Below are positions 9,636 to 23,040 of a stretch of DNA of 64,000 nt, piece by piece. Made by a program: the position numbers and the translations under genes. The notes under the pieces are model-generated. The model had not been told where the DNA came from. It ran no database searches and worked only from the letters and a program-made list of their open reading frames with translations. The stretch covers positions 1,116,001 through 1,180,000 of the forward strand of contig JBPQGU010000016.1 in NCBI GenBank assembly GCA_051362555.1, in the 5' to 3' direction. This DNA is from Lingula anatina (taxonomy: Eukaryota > Animalia > Brachiopoda). Every line of letters begins with the position of its first letter. The first letter of the stretch is position 1.

Positions 9636-12600
9636 AATGGAGAAACTAGCGTGAAGGTTTTGTTTCTTATATGAGGACGGCATTGCACTAGATGCGTGTG
9701 CCCCTTAAATGATTGAACTTGTGCAACCAGTGCTGTTATTTTTTTTTTCTTCAAATGTTTCTAAGTACGTGGCTAAATCTTTTCCTATAGACATTTTGTT
9801 TTAACTTGGTATGTATACAAATATCTTGGTGTCGGCTTTTGTTTTGGTCAGGAGAAATGCAGTTGAAAGTGTGCAAATATCGCTGCAAACTGTGCATTTG
9901 TTTTTGCTCATTTTATTCAATGGGTGTTTTAATTAATATTTTTCTATTTGTAAATGAGAAAAGTTTTGTTTTATGAAATGACTGAGGTAACCTTACAATA
10001 TGTACATGAAGTGATAGATGTTGCAAAGGGCTTAGTATTTTGCACTTTTTGAAATGGAGCTTTTAATTTTGTGCAGGTCTGTGGATATTTAGAGTTCTTT
10101 TTTTTTTCTTGGACGACTCTCTTTGTAAGCTTCTCTTGATATCTCATTCATAATGTACAATTACGAATCACACAGCAACACTGGACATGTACTCCTTGTA
10201 AAGATGATGAAATCACTTGTAAAATATGTAAAATTTTGTATATTAGTTGTATAGTGTATAGTAAGGAATTTCAACAGTTCCTTTTTGTATTCCTCTTTGC
10301 TTGATCTTGTAATTAGGTCATGACCTTGACCTACAGTGACCTCTCTTGCACAAAAATTGTTTTTTTAGGAAAGCGCAGATCACTGACAGGGGAGCCAAAC
10401 AATTGGTAAAAATTGTATAGAAGAAGCTTTTTTGTTCTTGTTTTAATTCATAACTTTTAATGTGCTTTCCCATGGACTACTCTTTTTCTCACAGGCAATC
10501 TTGAAAATTTGGGGTAACCAAAGCCCATTGGGACTTTGCTTGCTTTTGCCCATCACTTATGACAGCTAAGGCACCATCTCCTATTGACCTTTTTTATATA
10601 GATCACAATATACCTATATTCTTACTACATGGTTTTGAAGATAACGTTGAGAGTAGGAGAAAGTAATTCATCTGTTTTCTTTTAAATTGCTACGTAAGAA
10701 TTTTTTTACTGATGGCTGTTTGAAGATAACAAAAGCTAGCTCAGAAACACTTAGTAGTATGGCTGTCAGCTTAAGTGGCAAAAACAGCATACATCACTTC
10801 ATTTATAGATGGTAAATTCTAGTTACCTAAATTGTGCCAGTCATTTTTGATAGTGAAAGCAAGTTTCTGTCACATGATCCCTCAGAGAAATGTCTTGTTA
10901 TTCCAAGAGTTTGTACACAATTTCCATGTTGGGTCCTTTTATTGTGGGTGATTCACTTAATTCCTGTTTCCAAAGATCAAGAAAATCCTACATTGTAAGG
11001 GAGCCTCAGTCATTTCTACTCATAACTCTTCGGCTTTTATTAATATTTTATTTATTTGTTTATATTTGTAATTAACCAAGCTGCATTGTAAATGGGTAAA
11101 TAACTGGTATATAGCTGTATAAAGGGAGTTTTTGGAGATATTTTTCATACTATTTGGGGGTCTGTATAAAAAGAAGTATAAAACTAACTACCATGAATAG
11201 GAATTTACCATGGCCACTGTGCATAATGTACAGGGCTTTGAAGGGTTCCTCTGTATAATCTGAATATAGTTACATTGTATCAAATTGTATATGAGACTGT
11301 TACCTGCTCTAGGTTAGCAGCGTGGTTGATGTTCTTATTTGTATCATATTGTAGCAGTGTGTGATTTCTAGGCTTGTGGTTAATACTTTTATATACGAAT
11401 ATATGTTGGGGTGTTGAACAATGTGAAAAAAAAAAAATGCTTCAGAAAAAAGTGGTCAAGCTATATTTAGGCTGTCCGAATTATACTGAGTTGGTCACTT
11501 TTGGCAGCCAGTTTGGAAGTAGTAGGTAGAGAGATATTTTTCCCATTTGGTGAAATTGTAGGCTCACATTATATGATATTATATTGGTGTATTTATTAGT
11601 CCTATTTCAATAAAACATCTAACTGCTTTGCAAAGAGATGTGTTATAATGAATAGTTATAGGTATTAATTTTGGAAAGTTGAGTGATTTTTCATTATTGT
11701 TCAGTGTGTGTAGCATTTATACATATAAAATATAAAACACTGGTGTGTGGTGTTTTTACCAGGGGAATGCTTTGTTTTCCATGAGTGAATTAATTGAATA
11801 TCACTGCCTTAGGCAGATCATTGTAATGTGAATGCTATTATATAAAATCTGTAAAGATGTAATAATATTAAAATAATGATAATTTCATAAATACATAATG
11901 TATGTATGTATGAGGCATTGTAAAGAATTCACGTAGCTTGGCTAGTAAAATTGGTAGTCGGGCAAATTTGTATATATAGAGACATAAAGGGAGATGCAAT
12001 GTCGAACCTGTTTTCACCTTAAATTTTGGATTAAGGCGCATTGGACGTATTGCTTTTCTCTTTTGAAACTTTTTGCAAATTGCACTACAAATTGAGCTAT
12101 ATGTATATTAGATAAGATATGTTATTTTACCTTTGAAGAAAATGTCTGTAGAATTAATCATCATTACGTCCTGTTGCATGTGGTTTGGCAGAATTTAATT
12201 TTTTTTTTCTCACATGTGGTCCTGTTTTTACTGGCCATACTGTTAGGTGAAGGTAAAGAGCTGTTATAGAGAAAGAAAGCATGGCTGGCAACTTTTGTTT
12301 TGTGTATGATATGCTTAATATGTACTTCACCACAATTTGTACACTTCACTCTTGTATCCATTGAAGCTTCAATGTTGATTGTACTATATGTATTATGATG
12401 ACGATTGTACTTGTATGTATATTATGTATAACCAGGTTACTGGCATCAACTCGCAGGGGGGCCTGGCAACAGATGGCGCTGGTCACACTTCACCCAATCA
12501 GCTCAGCTTTTCTTTCCGAATGATCTTAATATATAGTTCATGGAAACTTCGGTTCAGTAGTGGTAATAGAACCTTAGTTAATGCTCAGAGATTTCAGTGG

Positions 12601-13572
12601 TTGAGTAAAATGACCACCAGATGGCATCTTTCCTCCAGTAGGTGTCGCCCTTTTCAAGAAAAGCCGAATCCAGTGTGCCACCCTGACCTCCCTGGCTCAT
12701 CTCCTTCCACTTGTCTGTATAGAGAGGCCAGAGCTGTACAAATGTGTAGAAACCTTGTGTATAAAGGGGCAGCAGGTGCCCCCACCCTGGCTGCCTGCCG
12801 TCCATGTGAATGTGTGAATATCTTGTAAAGAACAAATAATTTGACTGTATAGTGTAAAGTTGCAACCTTGATCTCTGGTCATTTACAATAGGGGGAGCTC
12901 ACGCAGGAAAGATGGGGTGGCACAGCCTCGGTGTAATGTTTTTTCTTTTTCATTGGGAGATATCATGGGAGCTTGTGTTATATTGGAAATGGATAGCTGG
13001 GGATGATTGGGGAGAGACCTTGTGAAAATGGAAAGGGAGAGATGGGATTGGTGATTGGTGTGGAATGCTCTCAAAATCTTGATTTTGAGGAAATATTTTT
13101 GAACGTAAACTTGGTCCGGGGAAATTATTCCAAGGGTTTCATGGCAATGCTGTACTATGATTGCCCATACTAAGGGCATGATGTTTGCATTTACTTGGAG
13201 GAAAAAAGTCAAGATCTTGTGAAGTATGTCAGTCCCTCTCTTCCCCATTTCAGATGTTGAGAAACAAAGGACCCAATCATAATCTTGTTACATGCAAATC
13301 AAGCATTATACAAGGTATACAATACACGAGTCTTCAGTGCTTAACATCACCATTGGCCAGCAAGGTACCTGTTACATAAACTTGCTAACCAGAGGTCTAT
13401 CCCTAAGTTATCCCTAGGGGAGGCTACCCCTGTTTGTTGATACCAGTGACCACAAGCTGTATGTAAATGTAGCATGTTGTAGGAAAAAAGATCCAAAGTA
13501 CTGTAGATTTTTTGTTGAAGAACTCTGTATATGGTGTACAAAGCTCATCAGACCCTACCCTCTTACTGGATG

Positions 13573-13578
13573 AATAAA
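13573..13578 (+). terminator. Candidate distal poly(A) signal of pumilio; proximal candidate at 11609-11614
   Basis: AATAAA at the end of a long TGTA-rich, U-rich tract; GT-rich sequence follows at about 13690. Confidence 0.45.
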
Positions 13579-14126
13579 AATGGGAACGGGCACTATTATA
13601 AACATTGAAGAATGGTCCATTGTATAATTATTGCATTCTGCCCTTTCAATGTTTTGCTAGTATAAAATAATCTTTCAAAGCATCAGATTGTGTTGTTTTT
13701 GTTGCCTCTTCATTCTGTGGACTTGGTCCTTAAAACTTATCAACCCCACTACCTGTCTATCAGGGTCACAAAATTATGTGCACTTTTCTCGGTGCAGACA
13801 AGTACCATCATGTGTCGGGAGATAATACATCAGTGAATATCTAGTGAACAACCGATCTGTGGTCCTGGTAGAGGGACATCAACCCACTGGCTTTTGGAGT
13901 AGGGACTGCTGATCCAATATACCAGTTTGTAAAACGCTCTTAGCTGACAAAAGTTCGTCTTTACTAATTACAGTAATTCAAAAATATAGTTCAGCAGGTT
14001 TTATATATTTTAAACCAGAAACTAGAAAAGAGGAATGTAGGACTTGGGGGGGGTATTGGGGAGTATCTACTAGTATTTGTACATACAATCAATTTCAAAA
14101 CAAGTAATTAGTGTATTGAACAAAAA

Positions 14127-14132
14127 TTTATT
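14127..14132 (-). terminator. Candidate poly(A) signal of the ZNF395-like gene
   Basis: TTTATT on + (AATAAA on -) at the end of a 3.4 kb tract that is U-rich on the minus strand. Confidence 0.5.
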
Positions 14133-15239
14133 GGAAAAAAAAAAAAGACATCCCAATTACTGACGTTAAGCACCCTAACACACTAAAACGCTATAATATA
14201 TTTATAATATGGAAAAGATGGTAGAAGTCTCTATAACATGCAGAATACTTGGCTTGACTGATGTATACTAAGGCACAAGTTTGAGGGAATCTCACTCCCT
14301 TTTTGAGAATCGTTTGTTGCGAAACAGCTTGTATGTCGACATTTTTGATCAAATTGACTTTCATAACATGCTTTGGCCAACTATAGCCATTAAAAAGAGG
14401 TGAGAAAGGTATTGTCCACTAAACCATCCGCATTGAATTATATGTGCAAAAAAATGATTACTAGCCATTCAAACGGCACAGAATTGAAGTCACGCAGGAG
14501 ATGATGTCGTCAAACAATACAAATAAATAAATAAAATAATGTCCAGTATTTCACATATCTAAGAGCTACATTTTAAGTGATCCTACTAAATACCTGTATT
14601 ACACACTGTGAATATACTTATATATCATATAAACTCTGTATAGATTGCGATTTGAAACTTGCTTATTTTCACACAAAAACAACCCGTGAAAGTGATGAAA
14701 GCTTAAATAATATATGTGGTAGCAACAGACACTTCGAGCCAAGCACAATCATATATGATAATATCTCGACTGTTCATCTATATATATATTAATATATACA
14801 TTTGTATGTGCATCGTGTATACTTCATTGACTTCATGATATAATGCTCATCAGAAGATTTGCAACACATGATTTACCCCTTTTGAAATATTTACAAGGAT
14901 TATAACACAGATCTGAATTAACAGCTTTTGAAATATTTACACTGACAACAAGTTTGTATTTGTAATGTGCACCGATGAAACCCAAGCAAATTTGATCATT
15001 TTTAAAAAGTCTTCAAGCGAAAATATTTCTGAAAACTCCCTTTTTGCATAGTTGGCCAAAAAGAATGCACTAACTGTAACAACGATAAAACCTTGACATT
15101 AAATTATCATGATAACTTTGAGTTTCTAAATGCATATCGTGTAAGGTGAGAGAAATTGCAATTCCAATTTCAACTGGTCTGATATATGGTACGGGAGACC
15201 TTTTCATGTGTAGATCTACCTTGGTCATAGACTTATCAT

Positions 15240-15367
15240 TGACCTTCATACAGGACCATCGAGGTCATGGTTCACACCAATGAACTACATACAGGACCAT
15301 CAAGGTCATGGTTCACACAAGTGACCTTCATACAGAATTAAATAGGTCACAGATCACACCAATGACC
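15240..15367. repeat. 41-bp tandem repeat (about 3 copies) with TGACCT/AGGTCA half-sites
   Basis: tgaccttcatacaggaccatcgaggtcatggttcacaccaa repeated with divergence. Confidence 0.7.
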
Positions 15368-17558
15368 TAGACAAACTTCTAAATTAGATCATTATTGACA
15401 TGAATCTCTACAATGTACACTGTACACACACCATATACCTCCACATAATTACTCTGATTTATTCAAAGAGGCAGTTCATGCAATTTAATACAACATTATT
15501 TTCAAACCCGAAAATTCCATAGGCACAACAATTATAGCATGGAAACAGAAACATTTCAGGCAAGAAAAAAATCTCATGACTTGCCCCTTTTCTCCTTCAC
15601 AATTATACATAGCACTCCAATTGACCCGTATTAAAAAGTGTGACTATTATTCACAAGATGCAGGTTCATCCCATTTTAAAGTTTTCTTTTGTATATCTTA
15701 CCAACAGGGAATTTTTAATTATAGACATCTGGTAGTTTCTTTACACAGAAATAATTAAGTTTAAAGTTTGATGATCTTGATGTATAACTGTAGCAATTTT
15801 GGCAGCCTATGAGGAGCTAGTCCAGCTCTTATTTTAGCACAAACAAACAAACAAACAAATAATTTTAGAAAGAAACAGAATTGAGAAAGTGAAAAAAGTG
15901 TCCATCTAAAGCTTTAAGAGAAGAATTTTATGAAGAAACAATCTGTCAAAAATTTAGGAATACGCATTTTTTAAACTTATGGCAAATTGAAAAGTGCAAG
16001 ATTAAAATTTGTGAAATTCCACCATATTTAGTTTTCCCTGAGGTGTAACACTTGTTTATCATGAGCGGTGCATACATCAAAAGAGTGCAAAGCCAGAACA
16101 CCCCTGACTCTACAACCTGGTGATCATCTGCAAACCATGCAAGAATCATCCAAAAAGTTTACCCCATGGATAAAAATAATAAATATTCCAGGGTTCTGTT
16201 ACAGAAAAGAACTTGGGGGTCCCAAAATAGGCTGCAACTTTTTTCCCTAAAAACTCTGGTATACTTCAATTCAGTGCCAATCCAAGGCAGTCCACTAAAA
16301 TAATGTAACTATTTGTTGAAAACAGCTATTTCTTAAACTTCATTAGACATACAATAATTGATTTAACTTGGACCATGACTGATTAATCTGGATTAGAAAT
16401 ACCCTTAATTTGAAATTTTTGGTCTAAGGTGAAGACTAACTAGGTTTTTGAAGTACTTTCATGAAACTGCATGGCACCTCTAAATGTGTAAAATCACAGT
16501 TTGCTTTAATGCCTGTAAGAATGTGAGCAAGACCAACGACCTGCAAAAATGATATGGTTGTACAAATATACAACAGTGATTTTCTTTCACTCACTTTTTT
16601 TCTAATTATATAAGATGCATATTGTACTGTTAACTTAATTTAAGAGTACTTCTCTAAACAAGTAGTTGCCCAAACTATGCCACACAATCATTTTCATTTT
16701 CTGTCCATTTTTTTTATAATTTAATTTAATTTTTTTTCCTTCCGTCAAATCTGTATAGCAGATTTTGAGCACCTGTATTTACTGTTGTCATGGGACTTAT
16801 ACACACAACTCAAAAGAATAACTCTTTTCCTCAGTCCTTTTGACAATTTGGCATTTTTGGAGAAAATGTTGTATCTACATTCAAGATCCCAAAATGAAAT
16901 CTAATGATCAAAACCTGTCTCTTTTAGTAGATGATCAGTGTCTGCAATAAAGTGCTGTATATCCAGATATTAGCTGGCTTAATTATCTGTTGAAACACGT
17001 CACACCACATTTTCATTCTTAGGGGAAATCCAACAACATTAACACTGCTGACAGTGATCAACTGTTTATATATACATATCAGTTGCATAGATTACTTTAT
17101 GTATATTATGTGATATTCATAAATACTGAAAAGATACTAATAAAGTAGATATGATGTGTTGAATACAAGTGCCCTAGTACTTTTCTTCTACACAATTACT
17201 CATCCTTCACAAAAGGAAAACAACCTTACACACCTATTCCTAATAGATTAAAAACACAAAGGTACGTGTTCTCATATCATTCTGAGATATTTTCACTCAC
17301 TGACAAGTTGAAGTGACCTTCACTCATGGAATTGACCTTCACCCATGGGAGTGACCTTCACCCTTGACCTTGCTGACCCAGCAGCAAGAGTCCACATTAT
17401 GAAATGACGAGGTGGTGGAAAGAGATCCAGGTTTTCTCCTCTGTAAATCATATGCAGGTTTCTTTTCACTTACACTGTGTTAACTCCAAGTCTGTTCTTT
17501 CTATTCGTAGACTCTTTGAGATATTTCATCCAATGAGATGAAAGGAAACCCCTAACCT

Positions 17559-17789
17559 CTACTCTATAAATCGAGTGCAGGCTTTCTTCCATTTACACTG
17601 TGTGCACCACATATCTCTGTTTTCCATCCCGTACACTTTTCGACATTTTTTCACCTCACTTCGAGATTTTTTGTGAGTTGGGGAGCACCTCGGAGGAGTC
17701 CCAAATACATGAGATTTTGGAGAAGCAGCCTGGTGGCTGTGGAAACGTTCCTGGGAGTTGGGTTTCACAATTTTTATGGCAGAGGTCAT
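17559..17789 (-). CDS. ZNF395: ZNF395/ZNF704/SLC2A4RG-family transcription factor, exon 7 (C-clamp/CR3)
   Basis: [30 protein letters not shown] is the C-clamp; cag acceptor at 17790-17792; phase 0. Confidence 0.93.
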   Translation of the reverse strand: MTSAIKIVKPNSQERFHSHQAASPKSHVFGTPPRCSPTHKKSRSEVKKCRKVYGMENRDMWCTQCKWKKACTRFIE

Positions 17790-18118
17790 CTGTAACAATG
17801 AAAAAGATGGCTTTTTATTATAATATGTACCCTGTTGAGAGATCTGGATCTTGAAACACTTAACATTAGAAAGTTCCAATAATCTGACGTAAACATTCCA
17901 CAGTATTTAACAATTTGAAATCTCTCTCTCACCTACACACACACACACACACACAGAAACACACACACTCTATCTTCATATGTATAATACATATGTTTTT
18001 CAATACGATGACTTTGACCATGAAGGATTTACATATATATATTCATGCATGTATTCATCAATTGGATGTCTGTTAGGCTTACTATCATCTCTACAAGTGC
18101 TGTCCCCTTTATACTCAC

Positions 18119-18259
18119 ATAGGAGCCAGCAGGTTCAGAGGCTGAGATCTGATGTGGGCGTGGGGAGTCACCACTTGTCCATGACAAAGTCTGCTGCAGG
18201 TTGCCAGGAATGTTGATTGGGCTTGTATTGGAATCTTCTGTGAAATGAGGTTTAACTTC
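18119..18259 (-). CDS. ZNF395: ZNF395-like exon 6
   Basis: 141 nt, phase 0/0, EVKPHFTEDSNTSPINIPG...PAGSY; tacag| and |gtgagt. The ORF track shows a different frame here. Confidence 0.8.
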
Positions 18260-18566
18260 CTGTAATAAAAATAATCATAATGCACAGAGCACTTAATATT
18301 GTATTCAATAAAAGTCAAATATCTGAACACTGCTTTTTTTTTTAATCAGAACTTTGGCCAATTCATGGAATTCAGAATGTTGTGCATGTGTGTTTGTTTG
18401 TGCATGCACATACATATATGTTGATTAAAAAGGTCATAGCCTGAAAAGAGCTTAATAAAGGCATAATATGCCATCTTAATTTCTTCTCATAGAAACTAAC
18501 CCAATCCAAGGAAGACAGGACGAGGTACTGGGGAACAAAAACAACATGCTGAGTAAGTCTTCTCAC

Positions 18567-18753
18567 CTTGACTTTTCTCAGATAATCGTGGTCCATATTC
18601 CACCTGTGAGCGGTTTCAAAATGGCTGACATCTGGCGGTGAAGATGTGTACATCTGAGCGAAGGAATCCACCATACTGTCAACCGTAACCTCTTCCTCTG
18701 TGTAATAGAACTCCTCTTCGTGGTCGGAGAGATCAGCGTCTGAACTTTGTGGT
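18567..18753 (-). CDS. ZNF395: ZNF395-like exon 5 (SDHEEEFYYTE motif)
   Basis: DLSDHEEEFYYTE and DHDY are family motifs; tttag| and |gtgaga. Confidence 0.92.
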
Positions 18754-19100
18754 CTAAACAAGAAAGTTTTTCAAATTCGTCAAATTTCTCGAATTCACCT
18801 GCTATATAGCAAAGCTCAAACTAGGAGGTAAATTATGCTTAGAATAGAATGTTTTAACAAGCTTTTTTTTATTTGCCAAATAACAAGCAATTACAATATT
18901 TAGTCTCAAATATTTCATCCAAGAATTGGTCTTTAAATCAAATGCATATTTTTTCATTTTTTCACTTGCATACATTCAAGTAAATAATGCCTAATAATTT
19001 TAACCGTAAAGATGGTAATTAAAATGGAATCTTTTTTTCTTCTTTTTTTTTTTATTTGCATTCATACAAATATAGATACTTCAACTGCCTTAATTCTTAC

Positions 19101-19201
19101 CCCAAATGTGCTTCCCTGACATGTTTCTCGATGGCTTCACATGTACTGTGGAATCTGCCGCAGCCCGGCCAAGTACACTTGAATATGGTTCTTGTTGATG
19201 G
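19101..19201 (-). CDS. ZNF395: ZNF395-like exon 4 (C2H2 zinc finger)
   Basis: PSTRTIFKCTWPGCGRFHSTCEAIEKHVREAHLG; phase 0/2; absent from the ORF track. Confidence 0.93.
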
Positions 19202-19325
19202 CTACAATGCATAATATTTTGATTGTTAAGCTGATTGTAAAATATTCTGTTAACAGATATAAATCTGAAGCAGACTGCACATTTGCTTTATAATGTCAAG
19301 ATCATTAAAATAAAAATCAGTTTAT

Positions 19326-19612
19326 TGTCACACCAACAACAATGTCACAATGACCCCCATTTCACTGTCATACCTAACACAATGTCACGATGACCCAGAC
19401 TCCTTGTCACACCTAACACAATGTCACAATGACCCAGTCTCACTGTCACACCTAACACAATGTCAAAATGACGCAGACTCCTTGTCACACCATACACAAT
19501 GTCACAATGATCAAAACTCCTTGTCACACCTAACACAATGACACAATGACCCAGTCTCATTGTCATATCTAACACAATGTCACAATGATCCAGACTCTTG
19601 TCACACCTAAAA
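19326..19612. repeat. 39-bp minisatellite, about 7 copies, intronic
   Basis: aatgtcacaatgacccagactccttgtcacacctaacac units. Confidence 0.85.
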
Positions 19613-19658
19613 CAAAGACCCACACTGCAACAAGACGCAATGAAAACACAATCCTCAC

Positions 19659-19864
19659 CTTTCTCCTCTTACTGCTCCCTTCCTCGCTGAAGTAGGCAGA
19701 GTTAGAATCTTCCAAAACAATTCCTTCATCCAGAGAGGATCCAAACACAGTAAATGAAGGGGCGCTTTCACTGACTTGCATGGGTGGCGAAGGAGACCCA
19801 GACTTAAAGCTCGAAGACAAGAAACTGTCATTGAAGGAGCGTGGACTCATTGCTGTTGGCTCTC
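19659..19864 (-). CDS. ZNF395: ZNF395-like exon 3 (Ser/Pro-rich, ends KRRK)
   Basis: tttcag| and |gtgagg, phase 1/0; SPSPP...SLDEG...SKRRK. Confidence 0.85.
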
Positions 19865-20352
19865 CTGAAAAATTGTTATTATTTTATTTTTATTTATTAG
19901 GTAATAATTTTATTTTAAAGACACTGCACAGAGTATTCTGTCAGTATAGTAATTATTTATGACTATATAAAGTTCTTGCACATAATACAAAAAGACGCCC
20001 CTTAAAGTTATCTGCTGGAAACTTTACCAGTAATTAATCATGTTGGCTACTTTTCTAGCTTTTGCACATAATGAATGCTAGACTTATTCATATATTCAAT
20101 TAATATAAAATACATTAGCCTTGATCCTTCCTCTGCCAGATCTCCAATCATACAATAATTCAAAATGTACAATGTCCATTACTGTGTCACATTGATAATA
20201 GACAGATGAACATACACTCATCCATTTTTTGGAGGACACAACTGAGGAAGAGTTCACAATGTTTTGTTGTTACAGCAATGGCACACAGTGGTCATTTTTT
20301 AGTTGTTACAGTCGATTCTCAATTGTTAAAGATTATTTAAAAAGAAGTGCAC

Positions 20353-20489
20353 CTTTTAACGTTGGTGACACGGGACTACAAGACAGAGCAGTGAGAACCA
20401 AGGCCGCAGACCTCTCGTCCATCATCTCAGCCTCATTCTGGTCTGTTTGCATCAAGTCATCGAGATCTGGTGAACCCTTTCTGCGACGT
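20353..20489 (-). CDS. ZNF395: ZNF395-like exon 2 (CR1 motif)
   Basis: MDERSAALVLTALSCSPVSP matches the family MDE..AAMVLTSLS.SP motif; phase 2/1. Confidence 0.9.
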
Positions 20490-21906
20490 CTGAAGCAAAA
20501 TAATAATAATAATAATACAATAAAATAAATAATGATGATGATGATAATAATAATGGACTTAAAGTGAATAATAACTATAATAGTTAATGACATTAATACA
20601 CATAAATGACATAATTAAGGAAAAAATACTCTTTTCATTAAATGGCTTGCGCTTGTCCTCGACATGCTAATTACTAAGTAAAGCTTTGTGTTGGATCGTT
20701 ATTAGATCTGTGGGATATCTGCAAAATTTTATTTTATAACTCTTTTGTGGGAGGAACATAAAGATGACATGCCTTAAAGCTTAATTTATACACTAACAAC
20801 TTATTAATTTGTTCATTAATTGAAAAATCAATACAAGACTCATACTGTGTTAAAATGTCTTTTATTTACGCTGCTAGGTCAAACTTTAATAACATGGTAT
20901 ACTTTATCTAACATCAATCAGGAGAGTAATATTATGTTCTTTAGTCATTTACGTAAATTCTTTTTTCTCTGGACTGAAATAATAATATCTTTAACATCTG
21001 GCCAAAAAGGAAATAAGAAAGATAGAAAAGAAACCACTACACTTTTGAGTGTGGATGTGAGCCTAGAAATGGAATCTGTGCCCTTATTCACGTAGCATTC
21101 CACACAAGTTCTATGTCCTCAGTATATTAACAACCTTGAGGTCATGTCCTTAAAGTGACAGAGTAACATGAACATTTAACGCTGAGGAACTTGACGTTTA
21201 ACGCCCTAATTGAAAGCGATGGGGCAAAGGTTAAGAGAGGATGATGTTCTTAGGGATGGAGATGATTGAGCAATGGGCTATAAGGCCAAGTTACACAAAA
21301 TTATTTTTGTCTGAAATTGGTCTTGACTGAAAGACCAGAAACTTGGTCCCATTCAGCTCAAGATTAATCTATAATGACATACTCCAATACAGTCAAAAAC
21401 ATTGGTCAATGCCATGCTTTTATTAACAGTATTTTATTCAGTCAGGTTACCACTGATTAACCTCAAGTTCAAAGACACTTAATGTAAGTCTAAAAGTTAA
21501 CAGCAATTTCGGGGCTAAAGTCCTTCACTGAAATGGGGCCCAATTATCTATGCCTGTCATGATTTATGCCTGAGTCACTTTGTGAACCTAGGATTGCTAT
21601 TGGAGTTCATTAGCACACCCCCCCCCCCCCCCCATGAGGAAGGGGGGGGGGGCGGTGCATTGCTTCACTTGTTATTCTAGCTAGAATGGAAAAATCACTT
21701 GGTTCTTTTTTTAAGTCCACATTGTCCCTAGACAGTGCTAATGGGTTGACTAGTCCAATTAAAAAAAAAAACTACACTTCCTTGAGCAAAAATAAAACAG
21801 CTTATGTTTTAAACCATAGATCATTAAATAGTTAATTAGTAAAGTGAGATCAGATTAATCATAAATTGAAGGGGATCAAAGTTTTCTGGTCCAATGAATC
21901 ATTTGC

Positions 21907-21908
<2 letters not shown>

Positions 21909-21966
<58 letters not shown>
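21909..21966. repeat. (TA)n microsatellite
   Basis: Seen directly. Confidence 0.9.
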
Positions 21967-21969
<3 letters not shown>

Positions 21970-22899
21970 ATGATAATACTGCACAGTGGCACTTGAAAAC
22001 CATTTGAGTACTATACATCATAACATTTCAAAGAGTACCCCGTTTGAAAATGAACTTTGTTGGCCCTTATTGTTATCATGCATGTTTGATGGCAGAGAAA
22101 AAAGGGAATTTTTGTTATGCAAGAAACTTTTTAACTTCTAAAAATCCCTGATTTGATCCCTTATTCAGACAGGTTTAGAATATAATGTCTCAGGCAAAAT
22201 GTGGTATCTTAATTCATTAATTCTCTCTCACTACCCCCCCCCCTCCCAATTAATAAACCTCCCTTCCTTCTTGATTTCTTGCATTGACCTGCACCTCCCT
22301 ATTACTAGTATAACAAAAGTACATTCAAAGCCTTGCGGCACAAGTATTGCGTAAGTTTTTCAGATGTCAACAACCTCTCGTCCCAGAAAGCCACCAACAA
22401 CAAAAATGTTCTTTTCTGACCTGGAGCCTTTCAGTGAAATACGGTAACCATCCCACATGTACCCACGTCATTCCAGTGACTTTGTTATTGTTTACAACAC
22501 TGCACTAGATTTCAGCCACTTACTTAAAGTACACAAATATGATCTACACAGTTTGAGAGACCCAGCTATCTATAGAGCTCTTGTAACTGATCTTCCATGA
22601 TTCAACTGTTACAGGTGTCAAATAACAAGCATGTGATCATAATTGTAACAGGTAAAAAAATAAATGATAATAATAATTATATCAGTGATATAGTCATGAG
22701 ACATATATATATCATAACTTGCTAGTCATAGCATAAATGAAGAACCCCACATGGACAGCTAGTAAATCTGGGTCACTGCACTGATTGCCATGTAAATAAA
22801 ACCTCAAGGTCAGCTTAACCTTACAGCACCCTGAGTTTCACTGATTGCTGCTGGAGACTCACCTCTATGCTGACAATATATGTGAGATTCGGGGCCATG

Positions 22900-23040
22900 G
22901 CTATAGTCCGAAGGTTCATTAGTCCGAAGGTCCACTGGTCTGAATTTTCACTATAGAACCTTTGGACCAATGAACCCTTGATTAAAAAACCAATGAAAAA
23001 GTTACCATTTATCGGACCAATGAACCTTTAGACTATAGAC
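22900..23040. mobile_element. Small foldback MITE built of 15-bp agtccgaaggttcat-type units
   Basis: ctatagtccgaaggttcattagtccga versus tcggaccaatgaacctttagactatag (inverted). Confidence 0.6.

Noticed and set aside
19345-19623. Repeat protein (HCDIVLGVTRSL)n
   Set aside because: A 39-bp intronic minisatellite whose period is a multiple of 3; the flanking exons splice around it in frame.
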